A DNA stretch of 64,000 bases from an uncultured Gammaproteobacteria bacterium. GTDB lineage: Bacteria > Pseudomonadota > Gammaproteobacteria > Steroidobacterales > Steroidobacteraceae. The notes under the pieces were generated by a model that worked only from the letters and a program-made list of their open reading frames with translations, was not told the DNA's origin and did not search any database. Made by a program: the position numbers and the translations under genes. Each line of letters begins with the position of its first letter. Positions within the stretch are counted from its first letter, which is position 1. Shown in pieces: positions 9,097 to 19,479 of this stretch. The stretch lies in contig CAWEZY010000004.1 in the NCBI GenBank assembly GCA_963813755.1, forward strand, positions 346,565-410,564, in the 5' to 3' direction.

Positions 9097-12000
9097 TCAG
9101 CCAAGGTACGCCCGCGCATTGCGGAACAGCCGCATCCAGCCGCCGTCTTCGCCCCAGCCTTTCGGCGCCCACGAGTGTTGCATCGTGCGAAACACGCGTT
9201 CGGGGTGCGGCATGAGCGCGGTGACGCGGCCATCGGCGCTGCATACCCCGGCGACCCCGAGCGGCGAGCCGTTCGGGTTGCAGGGATATTGCTCCGTCGG
9301 CTCATCGCGGTTATCGACGAATTGCAAAGTTATCCTGCCCTCCGCGAGCAGCTTGCGCGGGATCCGAACGGCTGCCGAATTCCGCGAAGCCCTCGCCATG
9401 CGCCACCGCGATCGGCAGCACCGAGCCGTGCATGCCGCAGAGCAGCACCGAATTCGAACGCGGCACCTGCACCAGGGACAAGCGCGCCTCGTACTGCTCG
9501 GAGCGGTTGCGCACGAAGCGCGGCCAATCCTCGGCGCCGGGGATCAACTCGCTCAGCACCGACAGCATTTGGCAGCCGTTGCACACGCCCAGGGTGAACG
9601 TGGCGTCGCGCTCGAAGAAGGCCGCGAACTCGTCGCGGGCCAGCGGATTGAAGAGAATCGATTTGGCCCAACCCTCGCCCGCCCCGAGCACATCGCCGTA
9701 GGAAAAGCCGCCGCAGGCCACCAGGCCGTGGAATCGAGAAAGTCGCGCGCGCCGCGCGAAAATATCGGTCATGTGCACGTCATATGCGTCGAAACCGGCG
9801 CGCGTAAACACCGCCGCCATTTCCGATTGGCTGTTGACCCCCTGTTCGCGCAGCACCGCAATCGCGGGTCGAGCGCCGCTCATGATGTAGGGAGCCGCGA
9901 TGTCCTGCGCCGGATCGAAGCTTAAGGCGGCATGCAGACCCGGGTCTTGCTCGTCCAGGAGACGGGAATACTCTTCGCGGGCGCATTCCGGATTGTCGCG
10001 CAACGCCTGCATGCGAAACGACACCTCGCTCCAGCGGCGGTGAAGATCGATGCGCGACGCCGAATACGCCACTTGCCCGTCGATGCGCACGCTGAATCGC
10101 GCTGCCGGCCACGGGTTCGCCAATTTCCGCGAAGTGCGCACCGAGCCCATGGCGCTCGAGAATCAGGCGTGCCTCCGGCACCCGCGCCGACGGAATTTGC
10201 ACGACCGCTCCGAGTTCTTCGGCAAAACACGCGGCGATCGAATCCGCTTGCGCGCCCAAGGAGATGTCGAGCCCGCAATGCGCGGCGAAGGCCATTTCCA
10301 GCAGCGTCACCAGCAGCCCACCGTCGGAGCGGTCGTGATAGGCCAGTAATAATCCCCGATCCTTCAGTTCGCGTACGGCCGCGAAGAAATCGCGCAGCAG
10401 GGCCGGGTCGTCGCAGATCGGCCGGGGTCGCCGCCGGTCGACTCGAATACCTGCGCCCAGCACGATCCTCCCAAGCGATTCTTGCCGGCCCCCAGGTCGA
10501 TCAGCAACAGACGCGAGGGCTGCGAGATATCGAGTTCCGCGGTCAGCGTGCGGCGCGCGTCGGCGACCGGAGCGAACGCGGAGATGACCAGCGACACCGG
10601 CGCGATGACCGAGTGCGCGCCGTTGCGCATCGGTCCACGCGGTGCGCATCGACAGCGAATCCTTGCCCACCGGAATCGTGATGCCAAGCGTGGCGCACAA
10701 CTCCATGCCGACCGCGCGCACCGTGGCGTGCAGGTCCGCATCCTCGCCCGGCTCGCCGCAAGCGGCCATCCAGTTCGCCGAGAGGCGTATGTCGGTGAGG
10801 TTGCGGATATCGGCCGCGGCGATATTGGTGATCGCCTCCGCCGACGGCGAGGCGGCCGGAGGCCGGCGCATTCAGCAGCGCCACCGGCGCGCGCTCGCCC
10901 ATCGCCATGGCTTCGCCGCCATAGCCCTCGAAGCCGCTCAAGCTGACCGCCACGTCCGCGACCGGCACCTGCCACGGTCCCACCATCTGATCGCGGCTGA
11001 TCATGCCGCCGACGGTGCGGTCGCCGATGGTGATCAGAAACGACTTGTCGGCGATCGTCGGCAGGCACAACAGACGATCGAGCGAATCGGCGATGGTTGC
11101 ATCGGCCGTCGACAGCGCTCGGCGCCCCTTCGGCACCTGCGCACGTGTGCGCGTCATGCGCGGCGCCTTGCCGAGCAGCACCTCGATCGGCATGTCGACC
11201 GGCGTGCTCGACAGCAACGGATCGATCACGCGCATGCGCCCGTCGCCGGTGATCTCGCCCACCACCGCAAAAGGACAGCGTTCGCGCTCGCACAAGGCCG
11301 CGAACCGCTCGACGCTTCCCGGAGCGAGCGCCAGGACATAGCGCTCCTGCGCTTCGTTGCACCAGATCTCCATCGGCGAGAGGCCGGATTCGGCGCTCGG
11401 TATTTTGCGCAAATCGATCCGCCCGCCGCGCCGGCTGTGGGCGATGGCTTCGGGCAGCGCGTTCGACAATCCGCCGGCGCCCACATCGTGAATCAGCAGA
11501 ATCGGGTTGGCGGCGCCCTGCGCCCAGCAGCGGTCGATGACCTCTTGCGCGCGACGCTGCATTTCCGCGTTGGCGCGCTGCACCGATGCGAAATCCAGAT
11601 CCGAAGAGCTTTGCCCGCTGCCGACCGAGGAGGCGGCGCCGCCGCCCAAACCGATCAGCATGCGAGGGTCCGCCGAGAACGACCAGCGGCGCGCCGACCA
11701 CCACATCGCGCTTTTCCACATCGCCGCGGCGCACATTGCCGAGTCCGCCGGCAATCATGATGGGCTTGTGATAGCCGCGGACCACGCAGCCGATCGGCCG
11801 GCCTCTTCGCGCTGCTCGAACGTGCGGAAATAGCCGCAGGTGGCCGGGCGGCCGAATTCGTTGTTGAAGGCGGCGGCCCCCAAGGGAGCGGCGATCATGA
11901 TCTCGAGCGCCGAGGCGATCCGTTCCGGTTTGCCGAAATCCGCCTCCCACGGCTGCACCATGCCGGGAATTCGCAAGTTCGACACCGAAAATCCCGTCAA

Positions 12001-12996
12001 GCCCGCCTTGGGTTTGGCGCCGATGCCGGTGGCGCCCTCGTCGCGAATCTCGCCGCCCGAGCCGGTCGCGGCGCCCGCAAAGGGCGAGATGGCCGTGGGG
12101 TGGTTGTGGGTTTCCACCTTCATCAAGATGTCGACCGGCTCGGTGATGCTCGCGTAGCGTTGAGTCGCCGGATCCGGAAAGAACCGCGCCGCATGCGATC
12201 CCTCGATCACCGCCGCGTTGTCGCGATAGGCGGACAGCACGCCCGCAGAATTCGCACTCGTAGGTGGCGCGAATCATGGCGAACAGCGACATGGGGCTCT
12301 TGGCGCCGTCCACGATGAACTCGCGCGTTGAATATCTTGTGGCGGCAATGCTCGGAATTCGCCTGCGCGAACATCATCAGTTCCACATCGGTCGGATCGC
12401 GCCCGAGGGTGCCGAACGCCCTCACCAGATAATCGATCTCCTCGCTCGACAGGGCGAGGCCCCAGTCGGCATTGGCGCGCTCGAGGGCGGCATGCCCATC
12501 CTCGCCGAGGCTCACGCTGCGCAGCGGCCGCGGCTCGGCCGCGCTGAAACAACTCCGCGGGATCCTGCGTGTCGACCATCAGCGATTCGGTCATGCGGTC
12601 ATGCAGCAGCGCGCCGAGATCGCGCAGCTCCTCGCCGCCGAGCGCGGCCGCGGCCTCGATGAAATACAGCGTTCCGCGCTCCAGCCGGCGCACGCCCTCG
12701 AGGCCGCATACGTGAGCGATGTCGGTGGCCTTGCTCGACCAGGACGAGACGGTGCCCACGCGCGGCGTGACCAGCAATCGCTGCCCGCGCTCCGCCTGCA
12801 ATTGCGCGCGCGGCCCGTAGGTCAGCAATTTGCCGAGCAATTCGAGCTGGGATTCGTCGAGCGGCACGCTCGAGTCGACGAAATGGATCAGACGGGAGGA
12901 TACCGCTCGAACGCGCGAGTCCCTCCCCTGCAACGCCTGCAGCAGTTTATCGAGCCGGAATTGCGACAGCGCGGGCGCGCCGAGCAAACTGAACAT
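9097..12996 (-). pseudogene. purL: phosphoribosylformylglycinamidine synthase (single-chain PurL), >=9 frame disruptions (probably assembly indels)
   Basis: Minus-strand fragments (12274..12996, 12207..12515, parts of 10364..12313, 11755..12240, 10543..11754, 9780..10871, 9311..10150, 9097..9399) tile a ~1300-codon FGAM synthase. Landmarks are MFSLLGAPALSQFRLDKLL..., [62 protein letters not shown], the glutaminase part GVCNGCQML and [11 protein letters not shown]...[13 protein letters not shown]. The span is 3900 nt, in frame end to end. Confidence 0.9.
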
Positions 12997-13097
12997 ACGA
13001 AATTCTAACAGACTTCAATCATACGGGCCCGGGCCAGCCCCGCGGTGCGGATATCATTGCGCCGCGGCGCGGGCCAAGTTAATCGCCGGGCGCTGCC

Positions 13098-13439
13098 TTA
13101 TTTGCGGGCGTTCGAATCCCCGCCCGGCGTATATATCGGGACCGGGAACTGCGATACGTTCGAACCCTCGAGCGCCACGATCTTGGCTTGACCGTGTTTT
13201 TTGACTTCGTCGATCCGCAACACCGAATGCAAGGGCAGGTAGGTGCGCTTTACTTCGTTGAATTCGGCCTTTATCTTCTCCTCCGTGGGGTCCACCACCA
13301 CGGTCGAACGTTCGCCGAACACCAGTTCCTCAACCTCGATGAAGCCGAATAGGCTACCGTGACTTACTTTGCGGGCGTAGATCTCATAGATCTTGCCTTG
13401 ATTCACGAACAGAACTTTGAAAATGTGACTCGCGGCCAT
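13098..13439 (-). CDS. DUF1820-family protein
   Basis: Intact 113-aa ORF: MAASHIFKVLFVNQGKIYEIYARKVSHGSLFGFIEVEELVFGERSTVVVDPTEEKIKAEFNEVKRTYLPLHSVLRIDEV.... It matches my memory of the gammaproteobacterial DUF1820 family. Confidence 0.65.
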   Translation of the reverse strand: MAASHIFKVLFVNQGKIYEIYARKVSHGSLFGFIEVEELVFGERSTVVVDPTEEKIKAEFNEVKRTYLPLHSVLRIDEVKKHGQAKIVALEGSNVSQFPVPIYTPGGDSNARK

Positions 13440-13524
13440 TTAGAAGGCTCCAAGCGTTGTTAGCATTTCACCATATTATACGGGCACTTAGCGCAATCCT
13501 TGAGACGTGTTGGAGGGAGCGACC

Positions 13525-14843
13525 ATGACCTTGCGCTTAAGCGTTGTCAGCGAACATGGAATCCGGCTCGGGCAGCACTCCACCAAAGTCTTCGGCGTGC
13601 ACGGCGGCACCATCGGGCGCGGTACTGACAATGCCTGGATTCTACCCGACCCGGAGCGTTACCTTTCGGGAAAACACGTGCGCATCGATTTTAGGGCCGG
13701 ATCCTATGTGCTGGTCGATACCAGTTCGAACGGCACCTACATCAATGGCTCGCAGGTGCCCCTGGGCAAGTATCACGACTACGTACTGAAGGACGGCGAC
13801 TTCGTCCGGCTCGGCGAGTACGAACTGCTGGTCAGCATCGACAAGGGCACGGACTTCCCGCCCGACTCGGATGCCGTGGTCGCCTACGACGGACAATCGC
13901 CCTCCTCGGCGGTCAAGAAATCCACGGCCAACGATTTGGGCGCCGACCTCGATCTCAGCCAGCTGCTCGAGCCCAGCGATCAATTGGACGTCGACACCGG
14001 AATTCGCCCGCGCAATGCCTATGGCCAGTCGGTGACGGAGGATCGCGACGCGAATGCGCCGTCAGCCAATTCGCCATCGGCAAATGCGCCCACACCCTGG
14101 CACATGATGACCCGGCCGCTCAAAGTGGAGGGCAAGACGGACGCCGAGCTGGCGCCATTGACGCGTTCGCAGGGTCCGACGCTCTACGAGGGCGATTTCG
14201 ATCTGGGGTTGGCCGCGTTCTGCCGCGGCGCGGGTGTCGATCCGCGCACCATAACTCCCGACGCCCGCAACAATGCGCTGCAGCTGGCCGGCCAACTGCT
14301 GCGCGAAGCGGTGCTCGGACTCATGGATCTCAATCAGGGCCGCAACGAATTTCGCAACCGATTTCGGATACCGACCCGCCCAACAGCGGCCCGGAATCGC
14401 CCCTGAACCTGTCGCAGGGCGTCGACGAAGCCTTGGTGCGCTTGTTGACCACCGTGTCGACCCGCGCCGGCTCGGTCGAGGCGATTCGCGAAAACTTCCG
14501 CGAATTGAAGGCCCAAAGCGTCGCCTCGTTGACGGCCATGCGCGCCGCATTCGAGGAATTCCTCGGGCGCGTCGACCCGAAGGAGCTCGAAGAGCGCTTC
14601 GAGCGCGCCACCAAGCGCGGCGTGTTCGGATCCCAGAACAAGGCCAAGTACTGGGATCTTTATGCGGAGATGTTCGGCGCCCTGGCGCAGCGTCCGGCGG
14701 AGGGGTTTCCGCATCTGTTTACCGAGGCGTTCGCCAAAGCCTACGAAGCCAAATTTCGCGCCTTGGTTCCGCCCCGACGCGCGCCTTTCGCCGGCGAACC
14801 CGGCGGTCCGCGCGAATCCGCGCGTGACGACGGCGGATTGTAG
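13525..14843 (+). pseudogene. tagH: TagH-like FHA-domain protein (T6SS-associated family, orphan here), one frame disruption
   Basis: ATG 13525 follows a GGAGGGAG RBS. FHA domain: MTLRLSVVSEHG...GGTIGRGTDNAWILPDPERYLSGKHVRIDFRAGSYVLVDTSSNGTYINGSQV...GDFVRLGEYELLV. The TagH-type C-terminal region (AAFCRGAGVDPRTITPD...LLREAVLGLMDLNQGRNEFRNRF) continues after a frame change near 14370-14385 as ...ESPLNLSQGVDEALVRLLTTVSTRAGSVEAIRENFRELKA.... Confidence 0.7.
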
Positions 14844-14890
14844 TGCCGTTGGCGCACGGCAGACCTCGCTCACCCGCGGCGGCCGGCCGT

Positions 14891-15563
14891 ATGCGGCTCT
14901 TAGTCATCGAGGATGACGATATCGTCGCCGACGCCATCACCCGTGGATTGTCGGCGGCCAATTATTCCGTGCATCGAGTGGCGAGCGCCGAAGCGGCGCT
15001 CTCGGCACTCGCGGACGAGGAATTCGCGCTCGCGGTCATCGATGTCGGGCTGCCGGGCACCGACGGATTGACGCTGGTGCGCCGCTTGCGCAACGCCGGC
15101 AACACCATACCGACGCTCATGCTGACCGCGCGCTGCACGCTCTCCGATAAGGTCAAGGCGCTCGATATCGGCGCCGACGATTTTTTGGGCAAGCCGTTCG
15201 AGCCGGCCGAACTCGCCGCACGCTGCCGCGCATTGATGCGCCGCTCGAGCGGCGCGCTCGACGGCATCATCAAACTCAATCGCATGAGCGTCGACATCGC
15301 GGGTCGGCGGCTGTGCATCGATGACGCCGAAATCGACCTGACGGCCCGCGAATGGCTGATCCTCGAATGCCTGGTGCGCCGCACCGGTCAAATCGTCTCC
15401 AAAGAGCGGGTCCAGCAGGCGCTGGCCGAGTCCGGAGCAAGACCTCAGCGCCAATGCGGTCGAGGTGCACGTATCGCGATTGCGGGCCAAGCTCGGCAAT
15501 GCCGCGCTGATCCGCAGCTTGCGCGGCTTGGGTTATCGGCTGGAAGAAGCGAAATCCGCGTGA
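14891..15563 (+). pseudogene. OmpR/PhoB-family response regulator, one frame disruption
   Basis: Receiver domain MRLLVIEDDDIVADAITRGL...IDVGLPGTDGL...MLTAR plus a winged helix (LTAREWLILECLVRRTGQIVSKERV). After a frame change near 15425-15440 it continues DLSANAVEVHVSRLRAKLGNAALIRSLRGLGYRLEEAKSA*. Confidence 0.85.
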
Positions 15564-16906
15564 ATTCGTCCATCAGCCGCCAATTGGTGCTCTGGCTTGC
15601 GGTGCCGCTCATGCTGCTGGCGCTGTGCGGCGCGCTGGTACACTACTTTAATAGCGTTGCTCCGGGAGTGATCAGCAGCGATCGGCGGCTGAAGGAAACC
15701 GCGAACGCCTTGATGGCTCGCCTGCAAACCGATAGCGGTCCGCTCACCCTCGATACCGATCCGAACCGCACGCCGCCCCTGCCCGCCGCCGACTCCGTCG
15801 CCTACGCCTTTCGCGACGCCCAGGGACGGCTGCTGCTCGGCGACGCGCGCTTGCCGGCGGTTGCGGCATGACCGAGCGAGCCGCGGAAATGTTTGCCATG
15901 GCGCAGGTCGATCGGCGCAGCGTGCGCACGCTGGTGAGCCGATTCGACACCCGCGCCGGCGCTCATGATCCTCACGGTGGCGGATATGAAAGCCACGGGC
16001 GAACCGGCCGCGCGCTTCGGCCTGATGAGCACCTTGCTGTGGGACTTCGTGCAGCTCGACATCACGTTGGTGCTGGTGTGGGTCGGCATTCAAGTCGGTC
16101 TGCGCCCGGTTAAACGGCTGCGCGACGAGATCGCCCGGCGCTCGCCGCTCGATCTGCGCCCCATCGACGAAGTCTCGGTGCCGCGCGAAATCGCCCCGGT
16201 TGTCGTCACGCTCAATCGCCTGTTCCAGATGCTGAAGACCTCGGTGCAATCGCAGCAGCAGTTCATCGCCAATACCGCCCATCAATTGCGCACGCCCATC
16301 ACCGGCATGCAGGCCCAATTGGAGCTGCTCGCCGCGGAACCCGCCGCGGCGCCCATCAAACACCGCCTCGCGACGCTGCAGGAAGGGATCCGCCAATTGG
16401 CGCATTCGGCCAATCAGCTTCTTACCTTGGCGCGCGCGGACCCGGCGGTGAATTTCGCCGCCAAGAACCGCATCGTGGGGCTGGATGCGATCGCGGGCGA
16501 GGTTGTGGCCAAGTTCTTCGATCGCGCCTTGCAGTCGAACATCGATTTCGGGGTCGAGGCGCAGCCGGTATCGGTTCTCGCGGATCCCTCGCTGCTCGAC
16601 GACCTGCTGAGCAATCTCGTGGACAATGCCCTCAAGTACACGCCCGAATGGGGTTCGGTCACGGTCAGCGCCGGAGAACTCGGCGGCAAACCCTATGTCG
16701 CGGTGGAGGATACGGGGCCGGGCATTCCCGAGAATGAACGCGAACGCGTGCGCCAGAGATTCTATCGAATGCCCAATTCACGCGGCCATGGCAGCGGCCT
16801 CGGCCTGGCGATCGTCGAGGAGATCGCGCGGGTTTATGGCGCGGCGGTAGCCATCGGCGCAGGCGCCCAAGGCCGGGGCACCCGGGTGGTGGTGCAATTT
16901 CCGTGA
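15560..16906 (+). pseudogene. sensor histidine kinase (partner of the upstream regulator), two frame disruptions
   Basis: GTG 15560 overlaps the regulator stop (GTGA). Two TM segments (QLVLWLAVPLMLLALCGALV; LLWDFVQLDITLVLVWVGIQV), H-box FIANTAHQLRTPIT, and ATPase boxes LVDNALKYTP, EDTGPGIPENERERVRQRFYR, GSGLGLAIVEEI. Frame changes near 15868 and 15960. Confidence 0.85.
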
Positions 16907-16980
16907 ACGGCGTCGCAATCCGGCCATGCAAATCCTGGGTCGTCAGCTTCGAGCAAGTTTCCTTTTCTAGGATACGCCCC

Positions 16981-17553
16981 ATGAACGGATCGATTCCAAA
17001 TACCGGCTCCGCCGGCTTCACCCTGACTGAACTGGTAATCGTCATGTCGATCGTGGCGATTCTGGCCGCCATCGGCGTTCCCTCGTTCAAGTACGTGACG
17101 ACCTCCAACCGGATTGCGACCGAGATCAACGGCCTGCTCGGCGACATGCAGTTCGCGCGCAGCGAGGCGATCAAAGAGGGGCAGTCGGTCACCGTTTGTG
17201 CGTCCGCGAGCCCATACACGCAATGCACCGGCAGCCCCGCCGGCAGTGCCTGGCAAAACGGCTGGATCGTCTTCTTGGACGCGAACACCAGTGAAACGGT
17301 GGACCCGGGTGAGGCGATTTTACGCGTTCAGCCGGCGTTCAGCGGCACGGATACCTTCGTCGCGAGCACCAACACCTTCTCGGCGATCACCTTCAACCGC
17401 ATGGGGTACGCGCCAACGGGTGTGGCGGCCAATATCACCATCAACCTGCACGATTCGACCAACAACACCGCTTGGACCCGCTGCCTCCAAATCACCCCGG
17501 TGGGCACGCCGACGACCGAAATACATGGGGCCGGTACGCCGCCATGCACCTGA
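16981..17553 (+). CDS. type IV minor pilin, GspH/FimT/FimU family
   Basis: Internal Met of ORF 16903..17553. Prepilin N-terminus ...SAG|FTLTELVIVMSIVAILAAIGVPSF, then a FimT-type body (IATEINGLLGDMQFARSEAIKEGQSVTVCA...WQNGWIVFLD). Confidence 0.75.
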   Translation: MNGSIPNTGSAGFTLTELVIVMSIVAILAAIGVPSFKYVTTSNRIATEINGLLGDMQFARSEAIKEGQSVTVCASASPYTQCTGSPAGSAWQNGWIVFLDANTSETVDPGEAILRVQPAFSGTDTFVASTNTFSAITFNRMGYAPTGVAANITINLHDSTNNTAWTRCLQITPVGTPTTEIHGAGTPPCT

Positions 17554-17582
17554 CCGTCATGCACCCGAGCATCGCTGAGCGG

Positions 17583-18140
17583 ATGAAGGCATCGTCGTCG
17601 CCGGCCGGCGTTGCAGCCGGCGGGCGGGCCTGCGCGAAGCGCGCGCGCGGCTTCAGCTTGGTCGAAGTCATGGTGGCGCTGGTGGTGTGCGCGGTCGGGC
17701 TTTTGGGTCTTGCCAAGATGGAGTCGCTCGCCTTGTCGAGCACCAGCGTCGCCAGTTCGCGCTCGATCGCGGCCATCGAAGCGTCCAGTCTCGCAGCCGC
17801 CATGCACGCGAACCCCGGCTACTGGGCGGGAGGATTTGCGCCGGCCACGACCATCGTCAGCGCCGCGAACAATTTTGCCGCCGCCGCCCCGTGCCTGACC
17901 GCCGGCGCGGCCAGCTGCATTCCGAGCGCCATGGCCTTCTACGACCTGCAGCAGTGGGCAACGGCGCTTGCCGCGGTGCTCCCCGGGTATCTCGCGACCA
18001 TCACGTGCTCGACGGCCGGCTTTCCGGTGACCTGCACCATTCAGATCCAATGGACGGAAAACGCCGTGGCCTCGAATGCCACGCAAACGAATATCGGCGC
18101 GTTGGCGCAGCCGACTTACCTGTTGTACGTGCAGCCATGA
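17583..18140 (+). CDS. pilV: type IV pilus minor pilin PilV
   Basis: Leader ...KRARG|FSLVEVMVALVVCAVGLLGLAKMESLALSSTSVASSRSIAAIEASSLAAAMHAN is the typical PilV N-terminus. An earlier in-frame Met at 17544 is an alternative start. Confidence 0.75.
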   Translation: MKASSSPAGVAAGGRACAKRARGFSLVEVMVALVVCAVGLLGLAKMESLALSSTSVASSRSIAAIEASSLAAAMHANPGYWAGGFAPATTIVSAANNFAAAAPCLTAGAASCIPSAMAFYDLQQWATALAAVLPGYLATITCSTAGFPVTCTIQIQWTENAVASNATQTNIGALAQPTYLLYVQP

Positions 18141-18919
18141 CGAACTCGCCCGCACCGTTGAAATCCGGGCGGTTCGCCGAGCGCGGATTGACGCTGGTCG
18201 AGATGATGATCGCGATTCTGATCGGCTTGTTCTTGACCGGCGGCCTTCTGACGCTGGTTCAGGCGATGAAGCGCGCCAACTTGAATCAAAGCGGCCTGTC
18301 GCAGCTGCAGGACAACGAACGCATGGCGATGACGCTGATCACCGACGTGATCAAGTCGACCGGTTATTACTACGGTCCTCTGGTCAACACGGCGGTGTCC
18401 TCCTTTCCGGTGAAGAATTACAATGCCAACGCGAACTTCACCTTCGCCGGACAGGCGCTGGTGGGCACCGGCACCTACGCCGCGGGCAACAACGTCATTA
18501 CCTCGCGCTACCTGACGGCGGGTGGTGACAACATCATCAATTGCACCGGCAATCCCTCGGGGGTGGCCGCCACCTTCGTCAATACGTTCAGTCTCGACGG
18601 CAACGGCAATCTGCAATGCACGCTCATCGTCAACGGCGGTAACCCGACCACGGTCCCGCTGATCAGCGGCATATCGAACATGCAGATCTACTACGGCGTG
18701 CAAACCAATGGCGCCGCCGGCACCAATTCGGTCGACACCTACATGGACGCCGCCGCGGTGACCGCCGGGAGCTACTGGCCCAGTGTGAAATCGGTCCAGG
18801 TCACCCTGTGGTTCGTCAATCCGTTGTTCGGACAGCCCGGGCAAACCAACGCGGCGCTGAAAAATATTCCTTTCACCCGCGTCATTGCGGTCATGGACAA
18901 GACCGGGGTCACGACATGA
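18137..18919 (+). CDS. pilW: type IV pilus minor pilin PilW
   Basis: ATG overlaps the pilV stop (ATGA). Reads ...ERG|LTLVEMMIAILIGLFLTGGLLTLVQAMKRANLNQSGLSQLQDNERMAMTLITDVIKSTGY, PilW-like. Confidence 0.75.
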   Translation: MTNSPAPLKSGRFAERGLTLVEMMIAILIGLFLTGGLLTLVQAMKRANLNQSGLSQLQDNERMAMTLITDVIKSTGYYYGPLVNTAVSSFPVKNYNANANFTFAGQALVGTGTYAAGNNVITSRYLTAGGDNIINCTGNPSGVAATFVNTFSLDGNGNLQCTLIVNGGNPTTVPLISGISNMQIYYGVQTNGAAGTNSVDTYMDAAAVTAGSYWPSVKSVQVTLWFVNPLFGQPGQTNAALKNIPFTRVIAVMDKTGVTT

Positions 18920-19479
18920 CCGCCCGGGCACAGCGCTCCAACCGGCGCCAGCGCGGCATGGTTCTCATCACCGCGCTGCTGCTGTTGATCGTGGTCACTC
19001 TGCTGGCGGTCAGCATGTTCCGCAGTTTCGGGCTGGACGAGAAAATCGCCGGCAACGTGCGCGAGAAGCAGCGCGCCCTGAATGCCGCGGAAACCGCGGA
19101 GCAATATGCGGAATATTGGCTGGCGAGCGGCGCAGCCACGGCGGCGGTCGCCTGTACCCCCCCTCTGGTCGCCGCTGCGCTCGGCCAGGTGTGCACCCTT
19201 CCGCTCGCGAGCTTCACCGCCAGCCTGCCGTGGACGATTGGAGTGGCGTATACACCGGCCGCGCCCGCCGCGATGAACGTCACGACGACGCCGGGTCAGG
19301 GAACCTATTACTTCACGCCCACGTTTTATATCACCTACCTGGGCCCGAACGGCGCCGGCAACGGGAAAATCTATCAAATCGACGCAGCTGCGTACGGGGG
19401 CAGCCCGGACACGGCTGCCGTCGTCGAATCGACGTACCTCGTTCAATCCAGTGTCTCATGCTTGGGATGTAACCAATGA
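18916..19479 (+). CDS. pilX: type IV pilus minor pilin PilX
   Basis: ATG overlaps the pilW stop (ATGA). Reads RQRGMVLITALLLLIVVTLLAVSMFRSFGLDEKIAGNVREKQRALNAAETAEQYA, a PilX N-terminal pattern. Confidence 0.7.
   Translation: MTARAQRSNRRQRGMVLITALLLLIVVTLLAVSMFRSFGLDEKIAGNVREKQRALNAAETAEQYAEYWLASGAATAAVACTPPLVAAALGQVCTLPLASFTASLPWTIGVAYTPAAPAAMNVTTTPGQGTYYFTPTFYITYLGPNGAGNGKIYQIDAAAYGGSPDTAAVVESTYLVQSSVSCLGCNQ

Noticed and set aside
13525-14843. TagH as evidence for a type VI secretion locus in this window.
   Set aside because: No other T6SS component (TssA-M, Hcp, VgrG, ClpV, PpkA/PppA) is encoded within the 64 kb, so I treat it as an orphan.
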